NCBI GenBank assembly: GCA_013387205.1
Contig: WARV01000009.1
Coordinates: 667 to 64,666, forward strand
DNA length: 64,000 nt
Direction: 5' to 3'
From: Patescibacteria group bacterium
GTDB taxonomy: Bacteria > Patescibacteriota > Doudnabacteria > UBA920
Part shown: in pieces, positions 51,439-59,819 of the stretch
Position numbering within the stretch: position 1 is the stretch's first letter
How the letters are laid out: every line of letters starts with the position of its first letter
The notes under the pieces: generated by a model
What the model was told of the DNA's origin: nothing
The model's database searches: none
The model's input: only the letters and a program-made list of their open reading frames with translations
Position numbers and translations under genes: made by a program

Positions 51439-51812
51439 TGGCTCGGGAGGTGGGATTCGAACCCACGGCCAATCGATTACACTTATCCTGATGTTTCCAA
51501 AAGGGGTGGACTATATCATCATCCTATTCCAGGTGGCTCGGGAGGTGGGATTCGAACCCATCTCTTACCATCTAAAAATATAGGATGCGAGGCGCTTCGT
51601 TCCAAAGTTTTTAGAACTACTCCCATAAAGGGATAGTCTCTGAACCTTCCCGCCTGTTGAGCGGGCTTGGCTGCTGATTACCATTTTACAGGTTTCCAGC
51701 AATTCACCTCGTTTTTCCATTCCCAATTACTTGGGAAGGCTGCTAATGTTTGATCTCCTTTAGAGCGAGATCAGGTCTACAGTCGATTGCTCTACCGCTG
51801 AGCTACTCCCGA
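51439..51812 (-). tRNA. trnN: tRNA-Asn(GTT) with group I intron; exons 51812-51779 and 51479-51439; CCA encoded
   Basis: Spliced: TCGGGAG TA GCTC AGCGGTA GAGC A ATCGA CTGT^TAA TCGAT TGGCC GTGGG TTCGAAT CCCAC CTCCCGA G CCA; all stems pair. Confidence 0.93.
51480..51778 (-). ncRNA. Group I self-splicing intron (299 nt) within the anticodon (35/36)
   Basis: Exon ends in U, intron ends in G; AAUUGCUGGAAA, AAUCAGCAG, UCAGAGACUAU, GAUAUAGUCC core motifs; P3 CGAGGUG/CGCCUCG; P8 CAUCCUAU/AUAGGAUG. Confidence 0.92.
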
Positions 51813-52051
51813 ATATGTTGTTTTATAAATTGCCTGCCTCGATGGCTTTTAAGCTGTTTTTCTCTTATCAAGGCTTGTTGGCGAGTATCAACATTTTCTG
51901 AATATATTAGTTGCCACTCACCATCAAAACTTGAAGTGTATCCCTTAAAAGTATGTTCGTTATGTAGCCTTAAACGCTCTGTTAAATTTTCGGTTTGACC
52001 GATATATATTTTCTTATGTTTTGGATTATAGATAGCGTAAACGCTAAACAT
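51803..52051 (-). CDS. Small GIY-YIG nuclease (UPF0213/SLX1-like)
   Basis: MFSVYAIY...KIYIGQT.NL..RL..HN...W.LIY.E...AL.REKQLKS; the TAG stop lies inside the tRNA 5' end. Confidence 0.9.
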   Translation of the reverse strand: MFSVYAIYNPKHKKIYIGQTENLTERLRLHNEHTFKGYTSSFDGEWQLIYSENVDTRQQALIREKQLKSHRGRQFIKQHIRE

Positions 52052-52055
52052 TAGT

Positions 52056-52115
52056 GTCGATTGCTCTACCTCCGCCATCCGCCAACTGGCGGAGGCGGAG
52101 AGCTACTCCCGAATA
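52056..52115 (-). pseudogene. Duplicated tRNA-Asn 5' half interrupted by a CCGCC/GGCGG hairpin
   Basis: Identical to 51782-51815 except that GCT is replaced by tccgccatccgccaactggcggaggcgga. Confidence 0.85.
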
Positions 52116-52140
52116 CTATTGAATTTTTGAATTCCTAAAT

Positions 52141-52169
52141 ATTTTAACAATATTTTAATCTTTTGGCAA
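52141..52169 (-). promoter_or_regulatory. sigma70 promoter for the tRNA locus
   Basis: TTGCCA-17 nt-TAAAAT on the minus strand. Confidence 0.65.
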
Positions 52170-52221
52170 TACTGGTTTTGTGGAAGTTTTTCATCAAAAT
52201 TATTGGATTTTTTTGTATTTC

Positions 52222-52248
52222 AACGGCTAAACTAATGATTTAGCCGTT
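52222..52248. repeat. REP-like palindrome (27 bp)
   Basis: aacggctaaactaatgatttagccgtt. Confidence 0.8.
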
Positions 52249-52306
52249 TAATTTTGCTATCATTGCTTAAAACCACCGCCGTCTTATATAGTGATTAACG
52301 AAATTT

Positions 52307-53002
52307 ATGGATATAAAAAACAAGGTCGCAATTATTACCGGCGCGTCTTCTGGCATTGGCTTGGCTTTGGCTAAAGAATTGTCTGCACGTGGCGCTAAAG
52401 TTGTCATTTCGGCCAGGTCAGGAGATAAATTAAAGCAGCTGGAAAGTGAAATTCCAAATTCTTTTGCCTTGCCCGCTGATATGGGTAAACCAGAAGATAT
52501 AAAAAATCTCATCCGGCAAACTTTGGAAAAGTTTGGGCAGATAAATATTTTGGTCAACAATGCCGGCCAGGGTTTGCGCGCGCCTCTGGAAAAAATTGAT
52601 GCCCAAGACTTCCGCGACTTAATGGAGATAAATGTTTTTGGGCCGCTTATTGCCATGCAGGAAGCTATCCCGATTATGAAAAAGCAGGGCGGGGGATTAA
52701 TTATAAACATTAGTTCCCAAGTCACTAGAGGCCATATTCCAAATTTATCAGCCTACTCCTCGACAAAATACGCGCTTAATTCCATTTCGCTGACTGCCAG
52801 GCAGGAATTGGAAAAGGATAATATTGTTGTCAGTGTTTTTTATCCCAAAACGACTGCCACCAATTTTGGGCAAAACGTACGCGGGGAAAAATACGACTCC
52901 AGGACCGTCCGTCCGGGGATAATAGCGGATACGCCGGAAGCCGTGGCAGAAAAGATCGCCGACCAGATAGAAACCGAAACCGCCGAAGAGTTTATGCGAT
53001 AA
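52307..53002 (+). CDS. SDR family oxidoreductase
   Basis: TGASSGIG, NNAG, YSSTK. Confidence 0.93.
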   Translation: MDIKNKVAIITGASSGIGLALAKELSARGAKVVISARSGDKLKQLESEIPNSFALPADMGKPEDIKNLIRQTLEKFGQINILVNNAGQGLRAPLEKIDAQDFRDLMEINVFGPLIAMQEAIPIMKKQGGGLIINISSQVTRGHIPNLSAYSSTKYALNSISLTARQELEKDNIVVSVFYPKTTATNFGQNVRGEKYDSRTVRPGIIADTPEAVAEKIADQIETETAEEFMR

Positions 53003-53122
53003 ACTAAAATATTTTTCCCTCTATATTTAACGGCCGTCATTTATAGAGGAGTTGAATTACATAACCAATTATGCAATTTAAAGTAACATCGATTGCCTGT
53101 TATTCGTTATATAGACATAGGT

Positions 53123-53791
53123 ATGAAAAAAATATTTATTATTCCAATTATTATCTTATTGGCCGTCGGGTGCAATTTGCCCGCGCAGACTGGTAATCAA
53201 AATCCGGTTGCTGAAAACAGCAGTACAACTCCTGCGCCTACATCAACCAGTTCTGGCGTTTTAAAACCAAAAAAACCTGACGCACTGTCACAAATTGTTT
53301 TGCCAATAAGCCAGGCTAAGGACCGCATCACTAAAAAGTTTTTTGGCACGTATGTTACCCCGCAAAATTCTCCGGTCCAGCCCGAGCGTTTTAAAGGTTA
53401 CCACACGGGCCTGGATTTTGAAACTTTTGCAAACGAGCAGAATTCCGAAGTGGCCGTTAACGTAATTTGCAGTGGCAAGATTTTGCGCAAGGGTTATGCT
53501 AGCGGCTATGGGGGATACGCTGTGCAGGCCTGCGTAATAAACGGCCAAACAGCCACTGTGGTTTATGGGCACCTGAGAGAACCGAGCATAACAGGGAAGC
53601 TAGGGCAAAAGCTGACAGCCGGCGATAGTTTAGCGGTTTTGGGCACGGGTTATTCCAGCGAAACTGATGGCGAACGCAAGCATTTGCATTTGGGCATCCA
53701 TAAAGGGGCATCTGTAAATATAATTGGCTACGTACAAAATCAAAACGAACTTTCCGGTTGGATGGATCCTCAAAAGGTTTTGGGATTGTAG
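53123..53791 (+). CDS. M23 family peptidase lipoprotein
   Basis: LAVGC lipobox; YHTGLD, YGHL, HLHLG. Confidence 0.9.
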   Translation: MKKIFIIPIIILLAVGCNLPAQTGNQNPVAENSSTTPAPTSTSSGVLKPKKPDALSQIVLPISQAKDRITKKFFGTYVTPQNSPVQPERFKGYHTGLDFETFANEQNSEVAVNVICSGKILRKGYASGYGGYAVQACVINGQTATVVYGHLREPSITGKLGQKLTAGDSLAVLGTGYSSETDGERKHLHLGIHKGASVNIIGYVQNQNELSGWMDPQKVLGL

Positions 53792-53854
53792 TGTTAAAGA
53801 AGGAAACAAAATTAGTGTATAATTAAAATAGAAAAATCATTAAACAAAAATTTT

Positions 53855-54268
53855 ATGGCTAAATGGTTATTCGGGGCAGTTTTGGCATTAGGGGCGCATT
53901 TTGCCGCGTCCTATATTATTCCTCTGGACCAAAAAGGGCAGGAAACTTTCGCCGGGCTTATGAAATGGTTTTGGCCTTGGGCTCATGGCAATAGCGGCCC
54001 GCTAGGCACAATATTGCCCTCCGGATTTCCGGTTCCGGGTTTTTTTATTGCTGTCACCGCTGCCGGACTGTTTATCCTTGCGGCCTTGGCTTTTGTCGGC
54101 ATTTGGGTTCCGTTCATCTGGTGGCGGGTATGCGCATTTGCAGGAGCGCTAATTTCATTATTCCTTATGCTGATGTTTTTCGGCCCGACGAAAATAATCC
54201 CAATTGCCCTGGATATTTTTGTGCTTTGGGCAGCTTGGAATAACTGGACTTTAGCCGCAATCCACTGA
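53855..54268 (+). CDS. Membrane hypothetical protein
   Basis: 137 aa, 4 TM; TATAAT upstream. Confidence 0.75.
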   Translation: MAKWLFGAVLALGAHFAASYIIPLDQKGQETFAGLMKWFWPWAHGNSGPLGTILPSGFPVPGFFIAVTAAGLFILAALAFVGIWVPFIWWRVCAFAGALISLFLMLMFFGPTKIIPIALDIFVLWAAWNNWTLAAIH

Positions 54269-54270
54269 CC

Positions 54271-54314
54271 TAGAAGCAGTCTTGTTAAAAGCAGCTTTTG
54301 AGACTGCTTCTTAA
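54271..54314 (+). repeat. Minimal derivative of the long-hairpin element
   Basis: tagaagcagtctt...aaaagcagcttttgagactgcttcttaa. Confidence 0.65.
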
Positions 54315-54474
54315 TAAAACAATTAGCAAACAATATATTTAAATGTTTAAAAAACACCAGTGAAAGCTGGTTTTTTGTTTAAGAGGAAGTCCCAGACTAA
54401 AGCCTGCATTAAATCCACTGAGAAAAAGAACATTGTATTTTGAATATGATATACTTAAGGAAACATAAAAACGC

Positions 54475-55593
54475 ATGGAAACAAATATTAAAACCAAACC
54501 AATATTCAAAGCCAAAAAATTTTGGATTGCTGTTTTAGCATTCTTGGTGCTGATTGTAATTTATTTTAAAGTGTCAGATTCGGGCCGCGATAAAATTTTT
54601 TCAGTTGAAAATATCACGCAGGTAAAATCTGCCGAAAAGCAGGCTGTTGCTGAAACGCCAAAGCTAGATATGGCAAGCTATGATAAAAAACTAAATGAAA
54701 TCGCAAATAATCTTACTAACGCATCAGCTACTTCACCCTCACCTTTATCCTCTCCCATCCAGGGAGAGGAGTGGAAAAAAGAATGGCCGGTAAAAACTGT
54801 TTATCCAAATGCCGGAGCGCTTTTGCCGTTTAACCGGATTGTTGCGTATTACGGCAATTTGTATTCTAAGAATATGGGCGTTTTGGGAGAATATCCAGAA
54901 GATGAAATGCTGAAAAGGCTAAATGAAGAAGTGAAAAAATGGGAAGAGGCTGACCCAAACACTCCCGTAATTCCGGCTTTGCACTATATTGCAGTGGTGG
55001 CGCAAAAAGGCGCTGGCCGCGACGGCAAACACCGGTTGCGCATGCCGGATAAGGAAATAGACAAGGTGCTGAAAATGGCAGAAAAAATTAACGGCATTGT
55101 TTTTTTGGACGTGCAGGTGGGAAAAAGCAATGTGCAGGCCGAAATTCCGCTGCTGGAAAAATATTTAAAACTTCCCCAGGTGCATTTGGGTATTGATCCG
55201 GAGTTTTCCATGAAGAGCGGGGCAGTCCCAGGCACATCCATTGGCACGCTGGACAGCCAGGACATAAACTTTGCGGCAGACTACCTGTCGAAAATCGTCA
55301 AAGACAACAACCTGCCTCCCAAAGTTTTGGTCATCCATCGCTTTACGCAAAAAATGGTAACGAGCTTTAAAGACATTAAGCCCTTGCCCGAAGTACAGAT
55401 TGTAATGAACATGGACGGTTTTGGCGGGCAAGCCAACAAATTAAACACTTACAAGCAATACATTTCCAAACAGCCCGTGCAGTTTACCGGCTTTAAGCTG
55501 TTTTATAAGAATGATGCGGCTAAGGGAGCAATGCTTACTCCCGAAAGGCTTCTTAAACTTACCCCCATTCCGGTTTATATACAATACCAATAG
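54475..55593 (+). CDS. Conserved membrane-anchored hypothetical protein (possible TIM-barrel hydrolase)
   Basis: RIVAYYG, ALHYIAV, FLDVQVG, HLGIDPEF, MDGFG, GFKLFY. Confidence 0.8.
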   Translation: METNIKTKPIFKAKKFWIAVLAFLVLIVIYFKVSDSGRDKIFSVENITQVKSAEKQAVAETPKLDMASYDKKLNEIANNLTNASATSPSPLSSPIQGEEWKKEWPVKTVYPNAGALLPFNRIVAYYGNLYSKNMGVLGEYPEDEMLKRLNEEVKKWEEADPNTPVIPALHYIAVVAQKGAGRDGKHRLRMPDKEIDKVLKMAEKINGIVFLDVQVGKSNVQAEIPLLEKYLKLPQVHLGIDPEFSMKSGAVPGTSIGTLDSQDINFAADYLSKIVKDNNLPPKVLVIHRFTQKMVTSFKDIKPLPEVQIVMNMDGFGGQANKLNTYKQYISKQPVQFTGFKLFYKNDAAKGAMLTPERLLKLTPIPVYIQYQ

Positions 55594-55608
55594 ATGGTGA
55601 TATATTTC

Positions 55609-55635
55609 AACGGCTAAAACATCGATATAGCCGTT
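55609..55635. repeat. REP-like palindrome (27 bp)
   Basis: aacggctaaaacatcgatatagccgtt. Confidence 0.8.
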
Positions 55636-55813
55636 GAAACACAACAAAAATATAAAAATAACATCCTTACATTCTCAAGTATGTAAGGATGTTATTGTAT
55701 GAAAATATGTACCAAAACAAAACCCGACTAAGACTTTTAGTCTTAAGTTTACCCATAAGTAATCATAGTTTTATCCGTCAAAATTCATAAGCAAAAGAAT
55801 TAACAAAAATTTT

Positions 55814-56209
55814 ATGGACCCAGTAGTGCATTTTGAGATGCCGGCAGAGGATAAAAGCCGGATGGTAAAATTTTACGAAAGCGTGTTTGGCTGGCAAACT
55901 AAAACGCTAGGCAAAGACATGGGTGAGTATGTTTTGGCTACCACCACCGAGCGGGATGAAAAAACCGGTTTTCCAACCAGGCCCGGGGCTATTAATGGCG
56001 GCTTTTATACCAAAAAAGAAAATTGGCCGGCGCAGCATCCATCCATAGTCATTGCCGTGGAAGATATTAGAGATTGTATGATGAAAATTGCCGATGCCGG
56101 AGGTAAGGTGCTTGGCGAGCCGGTGGAAATACCAGGCATGGGCCAGTACGTTTCATTCACCGATACCGAAGGCAACCGTGTAAGCATAATCCAGCCCAAA
56201 TCCATGTAG
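55814..56209 (+). CDS. VOC/glyoxalase family protein
   Basis: VVHFEMP, FY..VFGW, INGG, AGGKV, FTDTEGN. Confidence 0.92.
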   Translation: MDPVVHFEMPAEDKSRMVKFYESVFGWQTKTLGKDMGEYVLATTTERDEKTGFPTRPGAINGGFYTKKENWPAQHPSIVIAVEDIRDCMMKIADAGGKVLGEPVEIPGMGQYVSFTDTEGNRVSIIQPKSM

Positions 56210-56226
56210 TATTTTGCCATCCTTTC

Positions 56227-56263
56227 AACGGCTAAATCCTAAGAAAACTACGATTTAGCCGTT
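56227..56263. repeat. REP-like palindrome (37 bp)
   Basis: aacggctaaatcctaagaaaactacgatttagccgtt. Confidence 0.85.
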
Positions 56264-56350
56264 GTTTTGCTTTTGTTTATCCTGTAAACTTTCTAAAATT
56301 TTACCTCGCTTAGATTGATTTATCTAAGCGGCTTGCTACAATTAAAACAT

Positions 56351-57028
56351 ATGGACAATCTAAACATAAAAGCGTGGTCTGGGCTTGCCTTTTTAGCCAT
56401 CGCGATGGGTCTTTTGCTTTTTGTCCCAGCGGGGACTGTTTATTATTGGCAAGCTTGGGTCTACCTGGGTGTTTTTTTCGGAGTAACCATCTTCATTACG
56501 TTCTACCTCATGAAAAAAGATCCAGCCCTTCTGGCAAGGCGGGTGAGCGCCGGGCCTGCTGCGGAGAAAGAAACCAAACAGAAAATTATCCAATTTTTTA
56601 CCTCATTGGGATTTATAGCCATACTGGCCGTATCCGCGCTCGATCATCGTTTCATGTGGTCAAGAGTGCCATTCTTTTCGGTTTTGTTAGGTGATGCGTT
56701 AATAGTATTGGGATTTGCCATTGTCTTTCGCGTTTTTAAGGAGAACACTTTTACCTCCGCTACTATTGAAATAGCCAAGGGACAGAAGGTGATTTCTACC
56801 GGACCATACGCTATTGTGCGCCACCCGATGTATGCAGGCGGCGCAATGTATATGCTTGGAATGCCTCTTGCCCTGGGTTCCTTTTGGGGATTTGTCCCAT
56901 TTATAGCTGTGCTGCCTTTCTTATTGTGGCGGCTTTTTGACGAAGAGCAGTTTTTGGCAAAGAATCTGCCCGGGTATACAGAATACACTAAACAAGTGCG
57001 CTGGCGTCTGATCCCTGGCATTTTTTAA
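56351..57028 (+). CDS. Isoprenylcysteine carboxylmethyltransferase family protein
   Basis: VISTGPYAIVRHPMY, EE..L...LPGY..Y...V.WRLIPGIF. Confidence 0.92.
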   Translation: MDNLNIKAWSGLAFLAIAMGLLLFVPAGTVYYWQAWVYLGVFFGVTIFITFYLMKKDPALLARRVSAGPAAEKETKQKIIQFFTSLGFIAILAVSALDHRFMWSRVPFFSVLLGDALIVLGFAIVFRVFKENTFTSATIEIAKGQKVISTGPYAIVRHPMYAGGAMYMLGMPLALGSFWGFVPFIAVLPFLLWRLFDEEQFLAKNLPGYTEYTKQVRWRLIPGIF

Positions 57029-57045
57029 CTTTTTATCTACCTACC

Positions 57046-57108
57046 AACGGCTAAAACACCCTAGTTAACTGGACTGCAAGTTAACGGGGGTAAACTTTTT
57101 TAGCCGTT
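57046..57108. repeat. REP-like palindrome with inserted hairpin (63 bp)
   Basis: aacggctaaaa...gttaac-loop-gttaac...tttagccgtt; supplies the stop codon of the adjacent gene. Confidence 0.75.
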
Positions 57109-57639
57109 TGTTTTATGCCTGTGCCCGTGTTTGGTTGCCGTTTGCGCTTTATAGAACGGTTTGTGCGGGGTTTCCCGCATCCTTTTATCCAGCAGTTCAG
57201 CCAGCCACTGGAAGTATTCGCCTAAGAACGGGTCAGGCGTTTTTTCGCGCATATCCAAAAACATAACTTTGTATTTCTCCCATGAAGTCACGACAAATGA
57301 GCCGAGAGTGATATCTACCAAGTCGATATTAATAAACCGCTTTGCCACAAGAATGCCGAGCGATTCCATCTGCTGCGCGAGTTGGATAAAGGCAACCTGT
57401 TCGCCGTGGGGGAGCGCCCGCAATTCTTCTTGGCTGGTTGGCATTTTGTGCGAGGTTATATAGTGGATGAGTTCGGCAAATCCGCGCGTCTGGAAGTTGT
57501 GCAGCGTCTCGAGCGTGAGGCGTTCCCTGCGGTCGCGCTCTGCCGCTTTAACCTGCGCAATGCCAAACACGAGCGCCACGATGAACGATAGCGCCAGCGC
57601 AAGGTTAGCGATATTGGATATTATTTCGCTGCTTGTCAT
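57100..57639 (-). CDS. DUF4760-like protein
   Basis: N-terminal TM; ESLGILV...W...R......EYFQWLA. Confidence 0.75.
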   Translation of the reverse strand: MTSSEIISNIANLALALSFIVALVFGIAQVKAAERDRRERLTLETLHNFQTRGFAELIHYITSHKMPTSQEELRALPHGEQVAFIQLAQQMESLGILVAKRFINIDLVDITLGSFVVTSWEKYKVMFLDMREKTPDPFLGEYFQWLAELLDKRMRETPHKPFYKAQTATKHGHRHKTNG

Positions 57640-59030
57640 ACAGCTGTGTGACGTTTGCGTAATAATTTTTTTTCTTCCGGAAGTTTACCCTGGGGGTTTT
57701 GGATGCCCACAGCAGAAACCAGCCCGCCAATTGTTACAAGCAAGGCCATTACGATTATCCCTTTGTGAAAGCCGGTAATATTTAACTGCGTGCCTACCAC
57801 CAAGCCAATGGTAGCCACAGCAACCAGGCCGGCAATCCGCGACACGGCGTTATTGACTGCTGAGCCTATGCCGGCATGCTCAGGCGGTATGTTGCCGAGC
57901 ACGGCAGCGGTAAGCGGCGCTACGGTCATGGACAATCCCAAACCAAAAACCACGACTCCAGGCAGTACCTGGAAAACATAAGTTGCAGCAGCGTTTACGT
58001 TAAGCAGCAGCATGAATCCAATACCTGCTACTATTGGCCCAATAGCCATAAAAAAACGCGGGCCGAACTTTCCAGCCAGTGCGCCAAACCGGGGTGAAAG
58101 CAAAAACATAATTATAGTCACGGGAAGAAACGCCAAGCCCGCCTCGAGCGCTGAGTAGTGCCCGATCTGCTGCAGCGCAATAATTATCAGGAAAGTCGCC
58201 ACGGCCAGACCTGCGTAAATAGTAACTGTGGCAAGGTTGCCGACAGAAAAATTCCTGATGCGAAACAGCTCAAGCGGCAACATTGGCTGGGAAGTCCGGT
58301 TTTCATACCAAAGAAAGCATGCTAAAAGCACTAAGCCGAACAAAAGGGGGATAAAAATTATAGGGCTGCCCCAACCGTAATGCGGCTGCTCAATTAGCGC
58401 GTAAACCGAGCCGCAAAGGCCAAGCGTGCATAAGACTGCCCCAGCCACATCCACTTTAGTTTCCTTTTTTAACTCCCGGGCTTGCTCTAATGATTTCATC
58501 AACCAAAGCGTTATGGCAATTGGGATGACGTTAATGAGAAAAATCGCCCGCCACGAAATAACATCAACTAAAAAGCCGCCGACCAGCGGCCCGACTATAA
58601 AAGAAATGCCTGTCCAGGCTGTCCAGGTGCCGATTGCTTTTGCTTGCTCGGCCCCCTGAAAAGCAGAAATTACAAGAGCGAGCGAGCTTGGAACCAGCAA
58701 GGCTCCGGCGATGCCTTGGAGGCCGCGCGCTAAAATTAAGAGCTCGCTTTTGGGTGCTATTGCGCATAATACCGAAGCTGCCCCGAACCCGATTAATCCT
58801 ATACCCAAGACTCTTTTCCTTCCCCAGAGGTCTGAAAGTGAGCCGGCAATGAGTATGAGCGAGCCAAGCGTAAGCAGATACGCATCTACGACCCATTGCT
58901 GGGCGGCCAAGCCGCCGCCAAGGCTATGGGCAATGGCCGGAAGCGCGACGTTAACGACAGAGGAATCTAAAAATGCGACAAACGAAGCTAGGATGCTAAT
59001 TATTAAGACGAGTTGCTGTTGTTTATTCAT
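57636..59030 (-). CDS. DHA2 MFS transporter
   Basis: FLDSSVVNVALP, GSLSDLWGRKR; 14 TM. Confidence 0.93.
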   Translation of the reverse strand: MNKQQQLVLIISILASFVAFLDSSVVNVALPAIAHSLGGGLAAQQWVVDAYLLTLGSLILIAGSLSDLWGRKRVLGIGLIGFGAASVLCAIAPKSELLILARGLQGIAGALLVPSSLALVISAFQGAEQAKAIGTWTAWTGISFIVGPLVGGFLVDVISWRAIFLINVIPIAITLWLMKSLEQARELKKETKVDVAGAVLCTLGLCGSVYALIEQPHYGWGSPIIFIPLLFGLVLLACFLWYENRTSQPMLPLELFRIRNFSVGNLATVTIYAGLAVATFLIIIALQQIGHYSALEAGLAFLPVTIIMFLLSPRFGALAGKFGPRFFMAIGPIVAGIGFMLLLNVNAAATYVFQVLPGVVVFGLGLSMTVAPLTAAVLGNIPPEHAGIGSAVNNAVSRIAGLVAVATIGLVVGTQLNITGFHKGIIVMALLVTIGGLVSAVGIQNPQGKLPEEKKLLRKRHTAV

Positions 59031-59040
59031 TTATATTTAT

Positions 59041-59118
59041 TAGAAGTAGTCTCAAAACTTGTTTTTCAGGCTAATTCTGAAATTGCAGCCAAAATGAGGT
59101 TTTCAAGACCACTTCCTA
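59041..59118 (-). repeat. Short (internally deleted) long-hairpin element
   Basis: Reverse complement: TAGGAAGTGGTCTTGAAAACCTCATTTTGGCTGCAA...TTAGCCTGAAAAACAAGTTTTGAGACTACTTCTA. Confidence 0.8.
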
Positions 59119-59177
59119 ATTACTTTTTAGTTTACTGCCTTTGGCTTCCGCATCCGCTTGCTATACAGTTGAGTCAT

Positions 59178-59519
59178 TTAAAGTGTCTTACTTGTTTTTG
59201 TTTTCCTCCGGTCTGTTATCTTTTTCATCCTCTTTTTAACCGTGCGTTCAATAACGGCATTGGCAAAACCAATTAACACGCCAATGCCGGTTAAAACGTA
59301 AAATATGGTGAAAATTTTTCCTGCTGCCGTGTGAGGAGTGATATCGCCATAACCGACTGTTGCCAAAGTGATGACCGTAAAGTAAGCGGAGTCCAGCCAG
59401 CTTAAATGTTCAACCAAATGGTAAAACACAACACCAATGAGAATGGTTAGTAAACTGATGTATGCCAAAATCCTAAACTGCAGGATTTTATCTAATTGAT
59501 CTTGTTCTTTTTCGGCCAT
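59178..59519 (-). CDS. Potassium channel (2TM/1P)
   Basis: [12 protein letters not shown] selectivity filter. Confidence 0.93.
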   Translation of the reverse strand: MAEKEQDQLDKILQFRILAYISLLTILIGVVFYHLVEHLSWLDSAYFTVITLATVGYGDITPHTAAGKIFTIFYVLTGIGVLIGFANAVIERTVKKRMKKITDRRKTKTSKTL

Positions 59520-59531
59520 AAAATTATTTTT

Positions 59532-59594
59532 TAGGACCTATTCGAAAAACATTTTATGCTGCAATTCCCGATTTACGGCTAAACATCAAAAATC
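59532..59594 (+). repeat. Partial long-hairpin element (left arm)
   Basis: taggacctattcgaaaaacattttatgctgcaattccc...ggctaaacatcaaaaat. Confidence 0.65.
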
Positions 59595-59819
59595 ATTTTG
59601 AGAACAATTTGTACGCTTTTTACTATAATTTTTGTTTTTAGCTTGAGTTTCCTCAAGTTGTAAAAATGCTTAAAATGGCCCTATTTAAAGATTTTTATCC
59701 AAAAAGAAAAGAATGCGGCGTTTATTATGACGTAAATTACCATGGGGTTTTTGCAAGCAAAGCATGGATTCGGCGTTATATAACATAAGTTAAGTTATGG
59801 CAAATATAAACAATGGTTT

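Larger units (their letters stand above)
41454..51465 (-). mobile_element. Putative tRNA-anchored array of integrated gene cassettes/islets
   Basis: Hairpin+TGGCTC-like sites at 41492, 42214, 42789, 45103, 48732, 49626, 50171 and the tRNA end at 51439; all cargo genes on the minus strand. Confidence 0.65.

Noticed and set aside
51427-51636. ORF MVFVWLGRWDSNPR...
   Set aside because: Antisense translation of the tRNA and intron.
51775-51812. tRNA-Tyr(GTA) call from the unspliced CTGTA
   Set aside because: The A belongs to the intron; splicing gives CTGTTAA, with U1-A72, G73 and a short variable loop typical of Asn.
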